Origin: Pirellulales bacterium
GTDB taxonomy: Bacteria > Planctomycetota > Planctomycetia > Pirellulales > PALSA-1355
DNA length: 64,000 nt
Direction of reading: 5' to 3'
Assembly (NCBI GenBank): GCA_963733035.1
Contig: CAVTBU010000005.1
Coordinates: 1,888,001-1,952,000 of the forward strand
Positions 39,356 through 54,100 of the stretch are shown here, one piece after another. Under the pieces are notes generated by a model, which made no database searches, was not told where the DNA came from, and saw only the letters and a program-made list of their open reading frames with translations. Both the position numbers and the translations under genes were made by a program. Position 1 is the stretch's first letter, and each line of letters starts with the position of its first letter.

Positions 39356-40024
39356 GTTGGCGGACTCGACCGATCTGGTTGGCCCGGCGCAGCGTCCGTC
39401 GTGGTGATCGAGCAACCATGCTCGTGGCGGCCGTTCCCCTTTCGGAAATAGCGCGCGTCAACCGGTGCCTTCTTCACGCCTGCGGGGTTTAAGGCCTAAG
39501 CGACGTAACTGACGCAACCGCTGCAAGGGGAATAACTCCAATTGCCGCGTGCGAACAAGTCGCTAGCGCCCATACGGAACTGCGCGAACAGAGGGGAACG
39601 GGCCGGGCCGCACCACAGGCACGAGCCTAGGCGGCCGTCTCAAATGCGATGCGATTTATTCGCATTGCGTTTTCAGCTGCGCGCTCTTCGCGTCGCTGCC
39701 CCCCTGTCGTGCCCCGGCCGGTAGGCAAAATCTGCCATGTTTTTCGGATATTTTGACTAGCGGGACTTGAACGGGGGTGGCTGTTGTGCGCATATGGAAA
39801 GGATTGGCCCGCGGCCAAGCTGCCCTTGGAACAGGCACGACTTCTCTCCACCCACACACCAGTGACTCGCCTGCGCCAAAACGGTGCGTGGCTGTCTAGT
39901 TGTTAAAATAGATAATTTAGGGTAACTGGATTGCCCCTATCCAGGGCTGCAATCATAATCCGTAGGCAAGTACTTTTTCGGATCTAACAGAGAATTTGGT
40001 TCCCAGAACCAGGAAAGCTTCCCC

Positions 40025-43000
40025 ATGGCGATCTGGCAAAGCTTCTCGCGCCGACGTGGAGCAGACGAAAGGAAGCGTCGCAACCGATTCCCCAACAACT
40101 CATTGCGTCAAATGGCCAAGCGCAGCTTGCGTATGGAGCCGTTCGAAGAACGCATCTTGCTGGCAATCGATGGTCCGCAGTTGCTGGCGGCCATCCCGGC
40201 CTCGGGGTTGGTGATCAACGACGGAACGGTTCTGTCACAAGCGCCGACGCAGATCCTGTTGCGCTTCAATAAGCCGATCGATTCGAGCACGATTAGCAAC
40301 TCGTCCATCCAATTCACCCGTGGCAGCGACCACATCATCGGCAACGGCAACGACATCACTGTCACGCCGGGCTTTGTCGGCATTGATGGCGCTACGAACG
40401 AAGTCATCGTGCGGTTCGCCGAGGACCTACCCGATGACGCCTACCAGATGACGATTGTGGGTGCCGGCGCCGGGCGCTGAAGGACACGGATGGCCTGGCG
40501 TTTAACGGCGGCGCGAATCTGGCGCGAAAGTTCAGCCTGGATCTTGCCCCGCAGGTTGTCGCGGTGGTGCCCCAGCCGATCACGCGCGGCGCCGACGGCA
40601 AGTTGACGCAGTCGAAGAACACGATTGAAGTCTACTTCAATGCGAACGATCCGCTGGATACCGCTTCGGCGACCAACGTTGCGAATTACCAGTTGATTCG
40701 CACTGGCGGAGCGAATGGCACGAGCACGCCGACCGATGACGTGAAGATCAACCCGTTGTCCGTTTCGTACAGCCCAGCCAGCGGCAAGGCGGTGCTCACG
40801 TTCAACACGGCCGATCTATTGGTCAACGGCACCTATCGCCTGCGTGTCGGCAACAACGAGCCACTGGCCACTTCGTTTACCACGCTGACGCCGGGCAGCG
40901 CCGGCACCAGCTTCGCCACGGCCGCCGACTTGGGAACCTCCGCGAATCCGTTCACATCCAATACGGGCACTCAAACCGTTTCGTTGAGTGACACGATCGG
41001 CAGCGTGCCGACTTCCGTGATCTGGCCAGGATCTCCCCTCGAACCGGGCGAGCGCGATCCAAGCATCGAAACCCACGTCATGGACGGCAGCAACAACGGC
41101 AACATCCCGGTCATTTCATACAACTTCAAGTCAGTCTACGGTCAGCTGTTCGGTGTGGATCAGACGAACTTGATCACCGAGGCCCAGAAGCAGCGCGTCC
41201 GCGAGGTCTTCTCGTACTACGCGTACTACCTGGGCGTCGAGTTTGTCGAAACACCCGACTCTGGATGGACCATCGCGCTGGGCGATCCGCGCGTGCTCAA
41301 CACGCCGACGAACGTAGGCGGCGTGGCGGGTGGCAACCTGGCGATCATGAATTCGGTCGTAAACTGGGGTGCCAGCGAACCGCGGGGTAGTTTCTTTACC
41401 ACCGCGATGCACGAAATTGGTCATTTGCTCGGGCTGGGCCACGACTACGAGTCGCCGGCTGTCATGGGTTCCGGCGTCCAAGACGGCGTCCTTCCAGGCG
41501 ATCTGGACCTTGTCTATGCCCGCTACTTGTGGCCGGCGCTCGGCAACGACATCAACGTTTACCGGTTCAACCTGGCCACGACCGGAACGTTGAACATTGA
41601 GACGATTGCCGAACGGCTGAAGTCGCTGGGGTTGGCGTCGGATCCGAGTCAGTTGAACACCGTGATCACGCTCTACGACGGGGCCGGCAACATCCTCGCC
41701 CGCAACGACGACTATTACGGCAAAGACTCGTTCGTACAAATGGTTTTGGGTAGCGGCACGTACTACGTGGCGATCACCAGCACCGGGAATACGAATTTCG
41801 ACCCGCACGTTGCCAACAGCGGCGCCGGCGGCAACACGGCCGGCGGTTACCAGTTGCGGCTCACCTTTACTCCCGCCCCCACGGCGAGCAACAGCATTCA
41901 CGACACGACCGGCAACGTCCTGGACGGCGACCGGGACGGCAAGGCGGGCGGGGTCAACAATTTCTGGTTCAAGGTGGCCAACACGATCTACGTGGACAAA
42001 GCGGCTACGAATGGAACCGGCGCCCTGGGTTCAATCACCAATCCATACACCCGCATTTCCGACGCGTTGGCCGTTGCCTCGCAAGGCTCGATCGTGCGTA
42101 TCGTCGGCAACGGCGGTGCCGACAACAATCTGGCGACCGTGGGCGACAACCTGTCGTACAACGTCGGCTTCGACAACCAGAACCTGCCGCTCTCGGATGG
42201 GACGAAGTTCGATATTCCCAAGGGCGTGACCGTGATGATTGACGCCGGGGCGATCATCAAGCTACGCGGCGCCAATGTGAATGCCGGCTCGATTGACGTG
42301 AACATCGACCGTTCGGCCGGCGCGTTGCAAGTCCTTGGAACCACGGCCAAGAACGCCAATGGCGCGGACATCGGCTCGGTGTACTTCACCTCGTACTACA
42401 ATCGCACCATTGGCACCGACCCGGGCGTCAATACCAGCGGCTTGGCGAAGGGGAACTGGGGCGGCATCGTGTTCCGCAATGACTCCGATCTGGAGGCCAA
42501 CGGCGTATTTCTGGATTACGTCAACCAGGCGCGCATCAGCTATGGCGGAGGATCGGTCACGATCGGCGGGAGCCCAACCACCTTTCGGCCGATTTCGATG
42601 GAGACGGCCCGCCCCACGATCACGTTCAACACGATTACCAACAGTGCCGACGCGGCCATGTCGGCCACGCCCAACAGCTTCGAGGAGTCCGAATTCCAGG
42701 GCCTGGGTTACCAGGCCGACTATACGCGTGTGGGTCCGAAAATCTACGGTAACAAGCTCACCCAAAACTCGATCAACGGCCTGTTCATCCTCGTGCGCAC
42801 GAGCTTGACGACCGGCAACGTGCTGGACAAGCTGACCGTCAATGCACGGATTGCCAACACCGACATCGTGCATGTGCTGGCTGAAACGCTGTTGATCAGC
42901 GGCAACCCCGGCGGCTTCAGCACGACCAGCGGCGGCCTTCAATCACGGCCCAGCGCTCGGCTGGCCATCGATCCGGGCATTATCTTCAAACTGGGTGGCG

Positions 43001-46000
43001 GCCGGTTTGAAACCGAGATCGGGGCGCAACTGATTGCCGAGGGCACCATCGATCAGCCGATCATCTTTACCTCGCTGTATGACGATCGCTACGGTGCCAG
43101 CGGCACGTCGGACACCACGAACAACGGATTGAATACGTTACCGGCTCCAGGCAACTGGGGGGGCTTTCTTTTTGGCCCCACTTCGGTCGGCAGCATCGAC
43201 CACGCGTTGATTGCCTTCGCCGGTGGCGAAACACGCTTCGAGGGATCTCCAGACAACATGGAGCCCGTGGAGATCGACCAGGCGCAGGTGCGAATCACCA
43301 ACTCGACGTTTGACTACAATCGCCTGGCAGGCGCCGGTGCGCGGAACGGCCGCGGTGCCGCGGACGCGAGCGTGGTCTACATTCGCGGCGCCCAGCCGGT
43401 GATCCTCAACAACATTTTCGAGAACAACACGGGCGGCGCCGTTATCAGCGTCAACGCCAATTCGTTGAATTCGACGCTCGTGGACGACTGGGGGCGGAGC
43501 CGGGCGCCATTGGTTATGCCGGTTCCTATCCCACCAACGACGGCCCGCTGATCCGCAAGAACCTGGTTGGCAACAATTCGCTCAACGGGATGGCGGTGCG
43601 CGGCGGGTTGCTGACCGTCGACGGCGTGTGGGACGACACCGACATCGTGCACGTCGTGACCAGCACGATTTCTGTGACGAATCAACAGTCGCTGACCGGG
43701 ACGCTCCGTCTGCAGAGCAGCCCGACCGAAAGCCTGGTGGTCAAGTTACTGGGCACGAACGTCGGCCTGTTGGCGGGTGGTACCGTATCGGACGTTACGG
43801 ACCGCCTTGGCGGATCATTGCAAATCATCGGCACGCCGGGCCACGCGGTCGTGCTGACCTCGCTGAAGGACGACAGCGTCGGCGCCGGATTGACCCCCCA
43901 AGGGACACCGCAAAAAGATACGCTCAACACCAAAGGCGTGGTGGCGCCCGAGCTGCCCGACCTGCCCAACTCCGGACCGATCATTGTTGATGCGGCAGCC
44001 CGCGACGAGCATGGCTCGGACTTTGGCGGCATCCAGGGATGGCTTACGCTCTCCAAGGAATTGCAATACGTCGTTACCAACTCGCGCGTGGAAAACAAGC
44101 CGAACCTCGTGCTGGTCGTTGGCTACGAGACAGATCCCAGTCCGTTGGACCTGGGGTCGGCGTATAGTGCGGAGGCCATCAAATGGGCGGCGGGCAAAAT
44201 CGGCGTGCAGCTCGAGTTTGCCCAGACCGGCTCGGATATCGCCGGTGCGATGACGCATCTGACCGACTATGCGGCCGTGTACGTGTCGTCAGACAGCAGT
44301 TACCCACTGCCGGACTTTCGCGCCGACAGATACAAGAGCATCAAATGGTTTGGCGGGGCAGCGGATTTCATGTTGGAGACGCTGAACCTCAACAAATCTT
44401 TTCTGACCAACTACGTCAACAACCAGGGGGGCGGCCTCTTGGTAATGGCGGAGGATGGCTCCGCACATCCCTATAATTTCCTGCAACCGGCTGGTGCGGA
44501 CCCGATCATCCTCAAGAAAGTAGGCGGCAACGTCGAAACGGCCACCACGTCGTCCGAACCCAGCTTTGACGCGATCGGTTTGACGGATATCTATCTCAGC
44601 GAAGGCGTCCCTTACCGGTTCACGTTTCAGGGTTCGACGAACTTCAACCGGCTGCAGCCATTTGCCGTCGATCCCGTTACGGGCGATGTCGCCATGTTGG
44701 GGCAGGTGGCCGGCGGCAAGGGGCTTGGCGCGCTGCGCGACGTGCTGTCGCCCGGCGATTGGGGGAGCGTGCAGCTCGGCGCCCTGAGCAACGACACGAA
44801 CGTTGATCTGGTCAATGAAACCGAACAGGGCTTCACCTCGGCCGGCGATACCAATCAGACTCCCACGAACGCCCAATACATCGGCCAACTGGCAAAAGAT
44901 CAGTTCAGCGGTGACGACAACCAGCGGTTGGGTTTCGAAATTCACGGTGCCGTCAGCCAGACCGTCAACAACTCGGGCGGAGGCGACGTCGATGTCTACA
45001 GCTTCCAAGGCACCGCGGGCACCATGGTTTGGTTCGACATCGACCGTACGGCCGCGTCGCTGGATTCGGTCGTGGAGCTCGTTGACGCCAACGGCGCGGT
45101 TATTGCCCGCAGCGACAATTCGATTGCCGAAAGCGCCAATCCGTCTCTGCTCGTCGGTTCGGCCTTGCCGCTGCAGAGCGGCGCAGGCGGCACGAGTGAT
45201 TTTTCGCAGCCCGACTTCTACACAACGAATGAAAAGGACGCCGGCATGCGGGTCAGCCTGCCTGGCGCGGCCGGCACGGTCGGGACCTATTTCGTTCGGG
45301 TTCGTTCGAGCAGCACGAATCTTAACAATCTTACGGCAGGCGTAACCAAGGGTGCATATGTGCTGCAAGTGCGGCTGCAAGAGAAGGACGTGTTCCCGGG
45401 TTCGACGGTCCGCTATGCGGACGTCCGCTATGCAAACAACGGAATCGAGGTCATCGGCAAGCCCGAGCAATCCGCTTTAATTTCAAACACCGTGCAAACG
45501 GGGCTCGGGAGTTCAAGTTTCTCGAGTGCGCAAGACCTGGGCAACCTGTTGGAAAGTAACACTGGCACGATCGACGTGGCCGGGAATCTCAAGACTGCGA
45601 CCGACGTCAATTGGTACAAGTTCACGCTGAACTACGAGCAAATTCAATCCATCACCGGTTTGAGCGACGGACTGAAAACGTTTGCCGCGGAGCTGCAGGT
45701 GAACTACGCCGACGGTCTGGGACGCCCCGATACGACGTTGTCGTTGTACGACGAAGCGGGCACGCTGTTATATGTTGCCCGCGACGGAGAAATTGCCGAT
45801 TCGCTGCCACGGCCTAATATCGGCGGTATTGGCACGGATACGGCCAACCTCGCGCATGGCTCGTACGGCGCGCTCGACCCGACGTTGGGGCCGATTCAGC
45901 TAAGCGCCGGCGCGCCGAAAAAATACGACTCCAGTGGCAATGTGATTCCCGACAGCGTGGTCACGTATTACGTGGCCATCAGTTCGAATGCCACGTTACC

Positions 46001-49000
46001 CGCGGCGATGACGGCCAGCTTCGGCAGCCCGTTACAAAATCCGCTGATTCGGCTCGAGCCGGTGGATTCGGTCAACCGAATTGTCGATGACCGCGTGGGC
46101 TCCAGTGGGGGCGGGACCACGACCGCGGGGAGTGCCGGCTCGTTATTTCCTGTCACCAGCAACGATAATACGACTGAACTGAACACCTACGCGGACAGTT
46201 ACCAATTGGGCGACGTGGTGTTGTTTGTCAACACCGAAAGTCAGACTCCGACCGGCGGTACGACCGACGGACTTGCCACGGTTAACCCGTTCACGGGTCA
46301 GAAAATGACCAACGGTGCCTTGGACGCAAATAGCGGGGTGACCGGCTACGACAATATTGCCATGCGTAACGATGGCCGGCTTTTTAGCCTCAGCAACGGC
46401 TCGTCGCCTGATAACACGGGAAATTACGTGCAATTCGACACGTCCACCGGCAATATCGTAAGCAGCACGGACGATCAGCTTAAGACGTTCAAAACCACGA
46501 GTGGCACGGGGAAAAACTCGGATCCGTACATGTTCAGTCAGGTCCAAGTCGGTGTCCAGTACACGGCGATGGCCTATTGGCAAAGCGATAATAACACCAA
46601 TCGGCGTCTGTTTGCCATTGGCGAGCGCGACGCGGCAGGGAGCTTGCCAGGAACGATTCGCGTTCAGAATCTGCTCTATGAGTTGGACCCCGATACGGGC
46701 CAGGTCCTGCACGTCGTAACAGGCGCCGAAGCCTTTACCCCCTTTGAAGAGATGATCCCGGGTACGGACGCGATTCCGGTCGGCGAATTAGTAAACGTCA
46801 GCCAGCAATTGGTCGGCATGACGATCATCGGCGATCGGATGTTCGCGATTACGGCAGAGGGGCAGTTGTACGAGATCAAAAACTTTTTGATCCCTCCGAA
46901 TGCCTCTACGTTTGTTTCCGAAACCACGAGTGCGGATGTGACACAAGCGAGCGCAACTCCGGTCGGCCAAATTCCCTTGCCTGCGGGAGTCACCCTCACG
47001 GGGCTATCCGCGGGGCCGCCGCATGTGGAAGGCGGCGCCTATCAGAATACGCTGTTCGCCATCGACACCAATGGCAAGCTGTATTCGTTCGATACCAGCG
47101 GTAACGCGCGCGGGGTATTCCTCAACGGCGCTTGGACCGTGGATACCGGAGTGTCGAACGCGCAAGGCCTGGCGTTCTCGTCGCTGGACTACAATCTTTG
47201 GCATGCAACTACGAGTCGAGGTAACGACCCCGGTCACGGCATCGATCCGAGTGCCGATAAGAACGTCGCCCGCAACAATTCCACCGACGGCACGAGTTAT
47301 TACTTTGGCCTTACGTCTTCGGACGGGCAACCGGGCGCAGCCGCATACGGCAGCAATCCCGATATCCTGAACACTTATGCGCTGCCGGGCGGTGCCTATG
47401 GCACTCTGACCTCCACGACGTTTGATCTGGCCGGATATTCGGCCTTCGACAAGCCGACGCTGTATTTCAACTATTTCCTCAACACGCCCGACAACAATTC
47501 CAACATCAGCGCGACGGACGCGTTCCGAGTGTTTGCATCGACCGACGGTGCCAAATGGGAGCTGCTGGCCACCAACAACGTGGTGCCTGGATCCAATTCT
47601 GAAAATCCCCAGGTGATCACTCCGAGCGGCGGTTCGTACAAGGGCCAGAGTGCCAACCAAAAGGTGCAGGGGCTGTACGACAACACGATGGTCGACCCCA
47701 CGACCGGGCAGGTCGTTACCAGCGACGGCGAAATGGTCTGGCAACAGGCTCGCGTCGACCTGGGTGACTATGCCGGCAAGTCGAACATTCGCCTGCGATT
47801 CGAGTTTACCACGGCCGGCACGATGGGTTCGGACTTCAGTCTCCAGGGAACCGGAGATACTCTGAAAGCGTTGCCCGGGTCGCAGTTGAACGACGGCGAC
47901 ACCTTCACCATCAGCGGCCACGATTTCGTCTTCCGCAAGGGAGTTCCCGCGACGCTGAGGAATGAGATTGCCATCAATGACACCGACAGTTCGACCACGG
48001 TTGCGCAGGCAATCGCAGCTGCCCTCGACCGCGTGCTTATTACCGACACGCAGCAAGTCACTTTGTCAGCAACGTCGGGCACTTTTACACTGGACTTTTC
48101 CGGAACGGTTGCGAATCCGATTGCGACCGAGACGACCGGAGCCATTGCCTTCAATGCTTCCGCGGCGGACGTGCAGGCAGCGCTCGAGGCACTGCCGAGC
48201 ATCGCTCCGGGAGATGTCAGCGTTACAGGCGGAAATGGAGGTCCGTGGAAGATTGCGTTCACGGGACAGTACGCGAATCAACCGATGAACTTGCTCGCAG
48301 GCAACGCTACTGCAGGCAGTGTGAGTGCATTTACCGTCACCGCGGCCGACGATCCGGCCATCTTTTCTAGCGCCAAAGTGGTGGGCGACGAGTTGCGGTT
48401 GTTTGGCAACACGATCACGTCCGCCGGACCGCTGCCACGCTTTACCGGTACGCTGACGGGTGACGATCACGGCAAGTTCGATTCGCGGACACGCGACCGC
48501 TCGTTATCGACCGTCGAAGGCGTGTACATCGACGACTTCGTAGTCGGCTTTGCCTCCCGCGGCGAAATGGTCAGCGGCGCGAAGAACCTCCTCGAGGATC
48601 CACTCGCAACGGACTTCGGCTCCGTGCCCGCGCCAGCGAACGATCCGAATCAAATTCTCACCGGCAATTATCAGTTGCAGATTCGACCCGCGCAATCGTT
48701 CGGCTCTGTGACGGATTCGGGTGGCCTGAGTCTCTCCGATTCGTTCGACGTCAACGATCGGTTCGCCCAGGCGATCACGCTGGTGGCCAACGCGGCCTCG
48801 CAGATTACGGACGGACAGACGTTCACAATCGACGATGGCAGCCAAGCACTGAAGTTCGAGTTCAATTTGACGGGCGGCCAGACGGTGGCCAACAGCATCC
48901 TGGTGAACATTTCCGCCGGCGATTCGGCCTACACCGTGGCAACTAAGATTCGCGATGCGATCAATAATGCCGTGGTGAGCAAGGGCTTCAAGGTTCGGGC

Positions 49001-51062
49001 AGCGACCCGGGACGGCGGCGACCGCGTTGACCTCTTTGATGCCTTATCGGTAACGGGGCTGCAGGGGGTCGGCAGCGGGCTTAAGAACATTTTAGTGTTC
49101 AACACCGTCGGCGATACTCGACCGGTTCAGGGCGTTACGGCACCCGGGGAAACGATCGTTCAAGATTCCATCGTCAGCCATTCGCGACAAATTGGCATTC
49201 AGGTCATTCCCGTCATTGGCCAGATCGAAGAAACCGGCGTGGCTTTTACGACGCAGGGTCAGTTCCAGGTTGGGATACCTGGGAATACCGGCAGCATTGC
49301 CAACGTGCCGACCAACAACACGACGGGCTGGGTACCCGGTATTGCGATCAAGAACAACCTGGTAACCCACAGCGGCCGAACCGGCATTCAGATCGGTGGC
49401 GATCCCAACGCCAGTTGGGCCTACGAGCAGGGCCTGAGCGAGCTCGGTTGGGGCAGTACGGCCAGTTTCTCGAGTGCCGAACGGGACACTGAACTTTTCC
49501 TACCTTTTGTGCGCGTGATCAACAACACGGTCTATGACGCCCTGGTGGGAATCGCGGCCACGAACGCGTCCAGCCCAACGATCATGAACAACATCGTGGC
49601 GGACATCAAACTTGTCACCGGCAACGTGATTCGCTTCCAGGGGGCGGCAATCTACGTTGATCCGTCGTCGGGAGCTGCCCAGTCGCTGCCCAGCGGCGTA
49701 AGCAGCAAATTCGGTCTGTCGGTGGTCACGGCCAACCTTTATCAGAACAACAGCTTGAACTTCGCGGGCTCGTCCGAGTCGTTGGCCATCAATCTAGGCG
49801 CGAGCGATCCACTGTTCGTCGACGCGGCGAACGATAATTTCTATCTCAACGAGAATTCGATGGCGATCGACAGTAGCGTTGATTCGTTGCTCGACCGACC
49901 GGCGTTGGCCAACGTCGTGGCGCCGTTGGGATTTGCGCCATCTCCGATCCTCGCACCAGACACCGATCTGCTGGGGCAGACTCGCGTTGACGATCCGGCG
50001 GTCGATCCGCCCGCCGGCGTGGGTGGCAACGTGTTCAAGGATCGGGGTGCGCTCGAGCGGGCCGACTTCATTGGCCCCACGGCGGTACTGCTCAATCCGG
50101 TGGATAACGATGCGGCCGGAAACGACCGTAATGTGTTGACGAACCAAGTGCAGCTGGTGAACACCCTGCTGACGGAATTCACCATCCAGTTGATCGACGG
50201 CGGGTCAGGCATCGACGACAGTTCGGTGAATAGCAGTAAGTTCGTTATCCAGAGAACGATCGGCGGCGTCACCACGACGTTGGTCCCCAACCTGGACTAC
50301 GGCCTGGCCTATGACACGAATAGCAAGATCGTTCACCTTGTGCCGGCCCAGGGATTGTGGATTAACGGTACCTATACCATCAATCTCGATCGCACGGCAA
50401 ATGGCATCAAGGACCTGGCGGGCAACGTGTTGCAAGAGAACACGCCTCCCGAGACGAAGTTCGTAATCGACCTGACCGACACGATTGTCAGCGGTTGGCA
50501 GAATCCGACCAACAAATACGACGTGAACAACAACGGCGCGGTAAATGGCCAGGACCTGATTATTTTGATCAATCGCATTCTGATGAATCAGGGCGGACCG
50601 CTGCCGCTCGTGGCGACTCCGCCACCCTACCTGGATGTGAATGGTGACGGCGCCTTGCGTACCTCGGACATCCTGGGCGTGGTCAACGAGATCCTGCGTG
50701 AACAAGCGCAGGCCAGCGCGGCAGTGGCCGAACCGCAGATCGCGACCAATGACACAACCACAACCCCCTCGGCCCCGCAGGATGCTCCCATCGTCACGCC
50801 ACTTGTGGAATCGAACTCGGTGGCTGCCGGTTTGACGATGAGCCAGGCAAGTAGCCAACCCGAGGCCGAACCGACGGAAACCTATGCCCCGGTGAGCACG
50901 CCGGCTCCGGCTCCGGTTGCGGCACCACAAGCGGTGGCTGCGGCGATTGTGGACGATACGCCGGTTGCTGACGAAACCGAGGGGCTCAACGCATGGGATG
51001 CCGACTTGGACAGCATCTTGACCGACCTGAGCGGCGACTTACGGAAGCGCACGCTTGTCTGA
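40025..51062 (+). CDS. Giant (~3,680 aa) planctomycete surface protein: export motif, Ig-like, metzincin protease, PPC-like, beta-helix-like repeats, C-terminal dockerin; frameshifts at ~40473 and ~43504
   Basis: SLRMEPFEERILLA motif. HEIGHLLGLGH plus Met-turn at 41410-41470. ARNDDYYGKDS...GTYYVAI PPC-like domain. Dockerin WQNPTNKYDVNNNG...YLDVNGDG at ~50496-50700. Three ORFs join with +1 G each (11038+2 = 11040 nt). Confidence 0.85.
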
Positions 51063-51193
51063 GACAACGCAAAAGTGGAGATCTTCTCTCCCCAGAGACG
51101 CACCATCCAGACACGACACGATACGAAAAAGTTAACAAACATTCGCGGTGTGAGCACCGCCCAGTTCCAGGCTGACCACCAGAGACGACCATC

Positions 51194-54100
51194 ATGAGAT
51201 TTCAACGACGTCGCCGAGCGAACACACTACGCCGCACTGCCCCGGGACGAAACCGGACTCTGGTCCATCGGACAGGCATGCTCGAGATGCTGGAAAAACG
51301 GGAGATGCTGGCCGGCGACGTGGCCTCGAGCTGGCACAACTCGCTCAATCCCCGCGACGTGAACTTCGATCAACGGGTCACTACCAGCGATCTAATGGTG
51401 GTGGTCAACGAATTGTTGCGTAACGGCGCGCATTCGCTCGCCGCCGACCAGGCCACGCCGCTAACGTCGACGACTGGTGCGTCACACCCCCGATATTTGG
51501 ACGTCAATGGTGACGACCGCGTATCGGCCGCCGACGCGCTCATGGTGGTCAATGCGCTCCTGACGACAAACGACATGCTCATTAGCACGAGTGTGACTGA
51601 TCTGGCGGGCAATCCGATTACGGAGATCTCCGTCGGCGCACAGTATAAGCTGCAGACCATCGTGCAAGACATTCGCAATCCACCAAATGTGCTTGGCGGC
51701 GTGTTTGCGGCGGCCACGAAAATTTCATACGACTCGGGGCTATCGACCATCGACACCGGCCAAACCGTCCAGTTTGGCAGTTTTTTTGGCTTCACGCAGG
51801 CGTCCAACCTGCAACAGGGGCAAGTCGTTGGCTGGGCAGTAAGCAATAGTTTCGATCAAGCCCCGGGGACCGACCCTCAGTTTCTGTTCAGCGTCGTCCT
51901 GACCGCGTCGGCAGCGGGTGTTGAGACTTTCACACCCATGGTGGACGATACGGATCCTAATCACGAGAACCTGCTCTACGGCGACGACAACCCGATTACC
52001 GCGGTCCAGTTCGAAGGGACGACGCTGAACATAGTCGCCCTGCCCGGTCTCTCGGTGGGCGACGTAACGCAGACAGAAGGAAATACGGATTCAACCTTTA
52101 ACTTCACCGTGCAATTGTCGCAGGCATCGGCCGAACAGACGACGGTTCAATACTCCACCGCCGACGGCACCGCGACGGTAGCCGGCAACGACTATCTGGC
52201 CACCAGCGGCACGCTGACCTTTGCACCGGGCCAAACGACGGCAGTGATTCCCGTGACGGTCAAGGGTGATACGAACGTCGAACCGGATGAAAACTTCAAC
52301 GTCGTGCTGTCGAATCCGAGCTCGAACGCGACGATCATCGACAGCACTGGAATCGGCACGATTTTGAACGACGACGTTCAAGGATCGCTTTCAATCGTCG
52401 GCAGCACGGTTGACAACACTACCTCCGGTGCCACGGGATACGTCACGGTCACACTGTCGCAAGCGCTGACCTCCGCGGTGACCGTTCAATATGCCACGGC
52501 GGACAGTTCGGCGCTGGCGGGCGTGGACTACGTGGCCACCAGCGGCACGCTGACCTTTAACCCGGGTGGCAGCCTGACCCAAACGGTGCCAGTGAGCATC
52601 ATCGGCGACTCGACTCCGGATGCGGTTGAAGAGTTTTTCGTCAATCTGAGTAACCCGTCGGCCAATGCCTCGCTCGACGTCGCCCAGGCCACGATCCAGA
52701 TTAATCCGGCCGCCGTGGGGATTTTGGCGACCATCACACCCAGCGTGTCGCATTCGGAAGGCGCCAGCGGGAATCAGACGCCTTTCGTGTTCACCGTCTC
52801 GCTGTCGGCCGCGGCGACGGAGGACGTGACCGTGGCCTATACGACGGCGGATATCACCGCGAATGCCGGCAGCGACTACGTGGCCACCAGCGGCACCCTC
52901 ACTTTCCAGGCCGGCGTCACCTCGCAAACCGTGACCGTGCAAGTTACCGGTGACAACGTGGCCGAGCCAAGTGAAACATTTGCGGTCAATTTCCAGGCGA
53001 TCAGTGGCGCGGTCGGCAGCGGTCAGGGAATTGGCACGATCCTGGACGACGACGGCACGCCCACGCTGATCATCGACGATGTGACCGTTGCGTCCGGACT
53101 GGGCGTGAATCAGGCCACGTTTACCGTCACCTTGACGGGCGCTCTCACCAGTCCGGTCTCCGTCGGCTATGCGACCAGCGATGGTTCGGCCGTTGCGGGC
53201 ACCGACTACCTGACGGCCACGGGCAACTTGAATTTCACCCCCGGCGGGTCGACGACCAAGACGATTACCGTGACGATTCTCAGCAGCAGTTCGCCGCAGC
53301 CGGACAAGACCTTCTTTGTCAACTTGTCGAGCGTGACGGGGGGCGCGGTCATCGGCGACGACTTGGGGGTTGGCACGATTATTACCCAAGGCATTTCGAT
53401 TTCCGATGCCGTGGTGGTCGAAGGAAATTCGGGTACACGCGACGCCATCTTTACCGTCAGCCTGTCTCGCCAGTCGAATAGCGAAGTAACCGTCGCCTAT
53501 TCCACGCTGGATGGAACGGCCACGACCGCCGACAGCGACTACGTGGCCACCAATGGGATTTTGACGTTCGCGCCCAACTCGAGCACGCGGTTCATTACGG
53601 TGCAAGTCAATGGCGACACAGTGCAGGAAGCGAATGAGACGTTCAAAGTCGTGCTCTCCAATGCCAGTGGCGCGCCAATTTTCAATTCGCCGGGCACGGG
53701 CACGATCCTCAACGACGATGGTCAAAAGGTGACCTATTTGTTGCAGCTGACCGACACGTCCGGCAACGCGTTGCCGCTGGGCACGCAGTTCGATGTGGGA
53801 GCGGAATTCTACCTGAACGTGAGCGTCCAGGACGTGCAGATCGATCCGATGGGCGTCGCGCAGGCATTCATTGACGTTTCGTACAATGACGCTCTGCTTG
53901 ACGTTGACGAAAGCTCGCTCGAGTTCGGGTCGTTTTTTACGACCTTCACCAGCTCCGATTTTCAACCGGGCTTGCTCAACGACTTTGGCGCCTTCGGCGA
54001 TACGTCCGGGCCACCCGCCAATCCCGGCGACCCACAATTGCTGTATCGCGTCAAATTCACGGCCACCGACGTGGGGCTGGCCAACTTTACCGGTTCCGTG

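Noticed and set aside
39716..39730. ops/JUMPstart element or c-di-GMP riboswitch in the long leader
   Set aside because: GGCCGGTAG does not match GGCGGTAG, and GGCAAA lacks the downstream GNRA stem and second hairpin of a c-di-GMP-I riboswitch
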